A stretch of 64,000 bases of DNA from the NCBI GenBank assembly GCA_003597955.1, contig QZJU01000006.1, forward strand, positions 34,500-98,499, given 5' to 3'. A program made the position numbers and the translations under genes. Positions 61,231 to 64,000 of this stretch are shown piece after piece. Every line of letters begins with the position of its first letter. The stretch's first letter is position 1. The notes beneath the pieces were generated by a model. It was not told the DNA's origin and searched no databases. It was given only the letters and a program-made list of their open reading frames with translations. The DNA is from Candidatus Parcubacteria bacterium. GTDB taxonomy: Bacteria; Patescibacteriota; Patescibacteriia; PEXW01.

Positions 61231-61782
61231 ATGCTTAAAAAGGTTTTCATCATCCACGGCTGGGGCGGTTTCCCAGAAGAAGGCTGGTTTCCCTGGGCAA
61301 AGTCAGGGCTTTTGGCAAAAGGCTTTGCGGTTAAAGTATTTGAAATGCCCAACACAGAAAACCCGGTTATAGAAGAATGGGTCGAATTCCTCCAGAAGAA
61401 CATTGTTCCAGACGATCAAACTTATTTAATCGGCCACAGCATAGGTTGTCAGGCAATTTTGCGGTATTTGGAAAGTTTGCCTTTGAATGTGAAAATCGGC
61501 GGGTCGGTTTTGGTTGCCGGTTGGTTTGATTTGGATAATCTGGAAACCGAAGCCGAAAAAGCCATTGCCAAACCCTGGATAAACACGCCCATTGATTTTG
61601 AAAAAGTTAAAGCGCATTGCGAAAAGTTCACCGCGATTTTATCTGACAACGACCCTTTTGGTTTTTTGGAAAGCAACAAAGAAATTTTTGAAGAGAAATT
61701 GGGCGCGGAAATAAGAGTTTTGAAGAATAAAGGCCATTTGAACGAGATGCGGGAACTGCCCGAAGTGATTCAGGCGCTTTAA
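61231..61782 (+). CDS. RBBP9/YdeN alpha/beta hydrolase
   Basis: IIHGW, WFPW, GHSIG, SDNDP, GH. Confidence 0.92.
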   Translation: MLKKVFIIHGWGGFPEEGWFPWAKSGLLAKGFAVKVFEMPNTENPVIEEWVEFLQKNIVPDDQTYLIGHSIGCQAILRYLESLPLNVKIGGSVLVAGWFDLDNLETEAEKAIAKPWINTPIDFEKVKAHCEKFTAILSDNDPFGFLESNKEIFEEKLGAEIRVLKNKGHLNEMRELPEVIQAL

Positions 61783-61793
61783 AAGACTAATAA

Positions 61794-62216
61794 ATGGAAA
61801 GCAAATTAAAGCTATTTGTGGCGGCAAAAGCCTTGGTGATTTATAAGGGCAAGATTTTGCTGGTCAGGGAGTCGGCTAACAATCCGGTGGGCACCAATAC
61901 CGGTAAATATGATGTAGTCGGGGGACGCTTGGAACCGGGTGAAACCGTGCAAGAATGTTTAAAGCGGGAAGTTTGGGAAGAAACAGGCTTGGAAATAAAA
62001 ATCGGCAAGCCATTTTATGTGACTGAATGGCGGCCAGTGGTCAAAGGTGAAAACTGGCAGATAATTGGCATATTTTTTGAATGTTTTGCTGATTCCGACC
62101 AAGTGAAATTAAGCCAAGACCACGATGCTTATAAATGGCTTGAACCAATAGCTTATAAAGCGGCCGGCATGATTGAGAATTTAATGCCGGTTTTTGAGGC
62201 GTACTTAAAGAAGTAA
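61794..62216 (+). CDS. NUDIX hydrolase
   Basis: GGRLEPGE...LKREVWEETGL Nudix box. Confidence 0.95.
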   Translation: MESKLKLFVAAKALVIYKGKILLVRESANNPVGTNTGKYDVVGGRLEPGETVQECLKREVWEETGLEIKIGKPFYVTEWRPVVKGENWQIIGIFFECFADSDQVKLSQDHDAYKWLEPIAYKAAGMIENLMPVFEAYLKK

Positions 62217-62219
62217 ATT

Positions 62220-62654
62220 ATGCCCGTCTTTTGGATTTTTATTTGGGTTTACGCCGCCATGATTGCTATGGCTTTTTGGGAGGCTTATGTTGAGGGCCGC
62301 AATGCCTGGGCTAAAGGCAAGCTTGGCTGGCAGATCAAGCTCGGAAATTATGTTCTGACCGGTTACCATTTCTTTATTTTTGCGGTCATGTGGCCGCTCA
62401 TGCTGACTTTGCCGTTGGTCATTTACGGTTGGGACACGGAACTTTTCGGCATTTTAGTAAGCGCCTATTTTTCCGGCCTGGTCATTGAGGATTTTATGTG
62501 GTACGTGGTAAACCCGGCCGTGAAATTTTCAGAACTTAACACGGATTTCGCCAATTATTATCCCCGCCTGAAAATCGGGAAAGTTAGAATTCCAATTTTT
62601 TATTTTGTGGGTATTGGTATGGCGGTTGTTTCCTGGCTCTTGCTTTGGAAGTAA
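62220..62654 (+). CDS. Hypothetical membrane protein
   Basis: Hydrophobic, IEDFMWYVVNP motif. Confidence 0.75.
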   Translation: MPVFWIFIWVYAAMIAMAFWEAYVEGRNAWAKGKLGWQIKLGNYVLTGYHFFIFAVMWPLMLTLPLVIYGWDTELFGILVSAYFSGLVIEDFMWYVVNPAVKFSELNTDFANYYPRLKIGKVRIPIFYFVGIGMAVVSWLLLWK

Positions 62655-62656
62655 AC

Positions 62657-63238
62657 ATGAACCGAAGACAAGCAAAAATAAAGCAGGTTGCCGAAAATCG
62701 GCAAGCCGGCTTTGTGGTCGTCCTGGAAGACATTCATGATCCGCACAATGCGGCGGCAATATTGAGGACTTGTGATGCCTTTGGCATACAGGATGTCTGG
62801 TTTATTTTTGATAAAGAAAAAGCCTACAATCCCAAACGCGTGGGCAAATCAAGTTCGTCCTCGACCAATAAGTGGCTGACTTTTCGGATATTCAAATCGG
62901 TTGCCGAATGCAAAGCGGCGTTGAAAAAATTTAAATACGAATCTATTGGCACAGTTTTACATAGTCAGGCCAAAGATTTTACCAAAGCTAAGCTCACTGC
63001 CAAGCGTATTGCCTTGTGGGTCGGAAATGAACATGCCGGCTTGTCCGAGTCAGCCATTGCCGCGTGCGACAGGTTGCTAAAGTTGCCCATGCGGGGTTTT
63101 GTGGAAAGCTTGAATGTTTCAGTCATGGCCGCGATTTGCATTTACGAAATTAGCCGGCAAAGGCAGAAACAGCAAAAGTGGTTTCATTTAAATGCCAAAT
63201 CCGCCCAGAAATTGGAAAGAGATTTTGGGAACAGATAA
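62657..63238 (+). CDS. TrmH/SpoU family RNA methyltransferase
   Basis: HNAAAILRTCDAFG, GNEHAG, PMRGFVESLNVS. Confidence 0.93.
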   Translation: MNRRQAKIKQVAENRQAGFVVVLEDIHDPHNAAAILRTCDAFGIQDVWFIFDKEKAYNPKRVGKSSSSSTNKWLTFRIFKSVAECKAALKKFKYESIGTVLHSQAKDFTKAKLTAKRIALWVGNEHAGLSESAIAACDRLLKLPMRGFVESLNVSVMAAICIYEISRQRQKQQKWFHLNAKSAQKLERDFGNR

Positions 63239-63242
63239 TTCC

Positions 63243-63302
63243 TCATGCCGAATTTATTTGGCATCTCAATATTAAGAGATCCTGAAACGAGTTCAGGATG
63301 AC
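63243..63302. repeat. REP-like palindrome overlapping transketolase stop
   Basis: AGAGATCCTGAAACGAGTTCAGGATGAC identical to 32811-32838. Confidence 0.8.
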
Positions 63303-64000
63303 GATGTTGAGTGAATTGCTCGCACTATCGCTTTAGCTGAAATTCCTTCAAAATCCAGCAACTGTTCCGGTCTGCCAGAACGCGGGATTTTTTTAACAGC
63401 CAAGTGGATAATTTTAACATCCATTCCAGTAACCGCGTTTTTCACGGCTTCACCAATACCGCCTTCGGCTACATGGTCTTCAACCACAATTAAGTTTTTG
63501 GTTCGTTTGGCGGCATTGCGTAGGGTTTTTACATCAATCGGTTTGAGGCTATATAAATCGATAATTCTGACATTGATTTTGCGTTTTTGCAGTTCAGTAT
63601 AAGCTTTTAGGGCTTCGTGCAGAGTTATGCCGGCCGCGATTATCGTGGCCACATCTTTTTGGCTTTGCTTTAAAATTTTGCAGCCGCCAATGGGAAAATT
63701 CTCGGTGTTTCTATAAATCACCGGGGTTTTACCGCGCGTAGTGCGGAGGTAAACCAAGCCCTTAGCTTTGGCGGCTTGCTCGACCAGTTTTTCCGCGGCC
63801 ACGGCATCGCTGGGATATAAAACTATAGAATTTTGCAAAGTCCGGAACATTGCCAGATCCTCCAAACCCATTTGCGAAGCCCCATCTTCGCCAATGGAAA
63901 CGCCGGCATGGGAGCCGCAAAAAACCAGATGCGCGTTTGCGTATTGGCTCATTCGGATTTGGTCAAAAGCCCGGGTCAAAAACGCGGCAAAGCTGGAAAT
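63293..64000 (-). CDS. Transketolase, C-terminal part (5'-partial)
   Basis: RAFDQIRM, GEDGASQ, YLRTTR, VEDH...GGIG. Confidence 0.93.
   Translation of the reverse strand: MSSFAAFLTRAFDQIRMSQYANAHLVFCGSHAGVSIGEDGASQMGLEDLAMFRTLQNSIVLYPSDAVAAEKLVEQAAKAKGLVYLRTTRGKTPVIYRNTENFPIGGCKILKQSQKDVATIIAAGITLHEALKAYTELQKRKINVRIIDLYSLKPIDVKTLRNAAKRTKNLIVVEDHVAEGGIGEAVKNAVTGMDVKIIHLAVKKIPRSGRPEQLLDFEGISAKAIVRAIHSTSSS

Overview
A 64-kb stretch of a small-genome bacterial chromosome, almost certainly Patescibacteria/CPR (Parcubacteria-like 16S signatures such as GCAGCAGCGG at the 515F site, an intron-containing 16S gene with no 23S gene after it, many orphan membrane ORFs; code 11). Housekeeping genes include ruvB, typA, queA, tgt, rplS, ftsH, rpsA, gyrA, rpmF, nusB, rnc, smc, rpsP, khpA, trmD, ddl and transketolase. 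There is also a surface-glycan cluster, an ECF sigma module and nine intact tRNAs, one of them a rare tRNA-Ile(UAU). The most unusual signals are non-coding: (1) a ~105-bp terminal-inverted-repeat element present twice, each time flanked by a TTGA direct repeat and sitting in a promoter -35 box; (2) duplicated tRNA genes invaded by short GC-rich hairpins, mostly at the T-loop, with similar hairpins inflating 16S helix 6; (3) a group II-like intron with a LAGLIDADG ORF at 16S position 1396; (4) a repeat downstream of several tRNAs; (5) a two-stem leader shared by rpsA and khpA; (6) several small proteins missed by the ORF track. All calls were made by eye; no searches were run.
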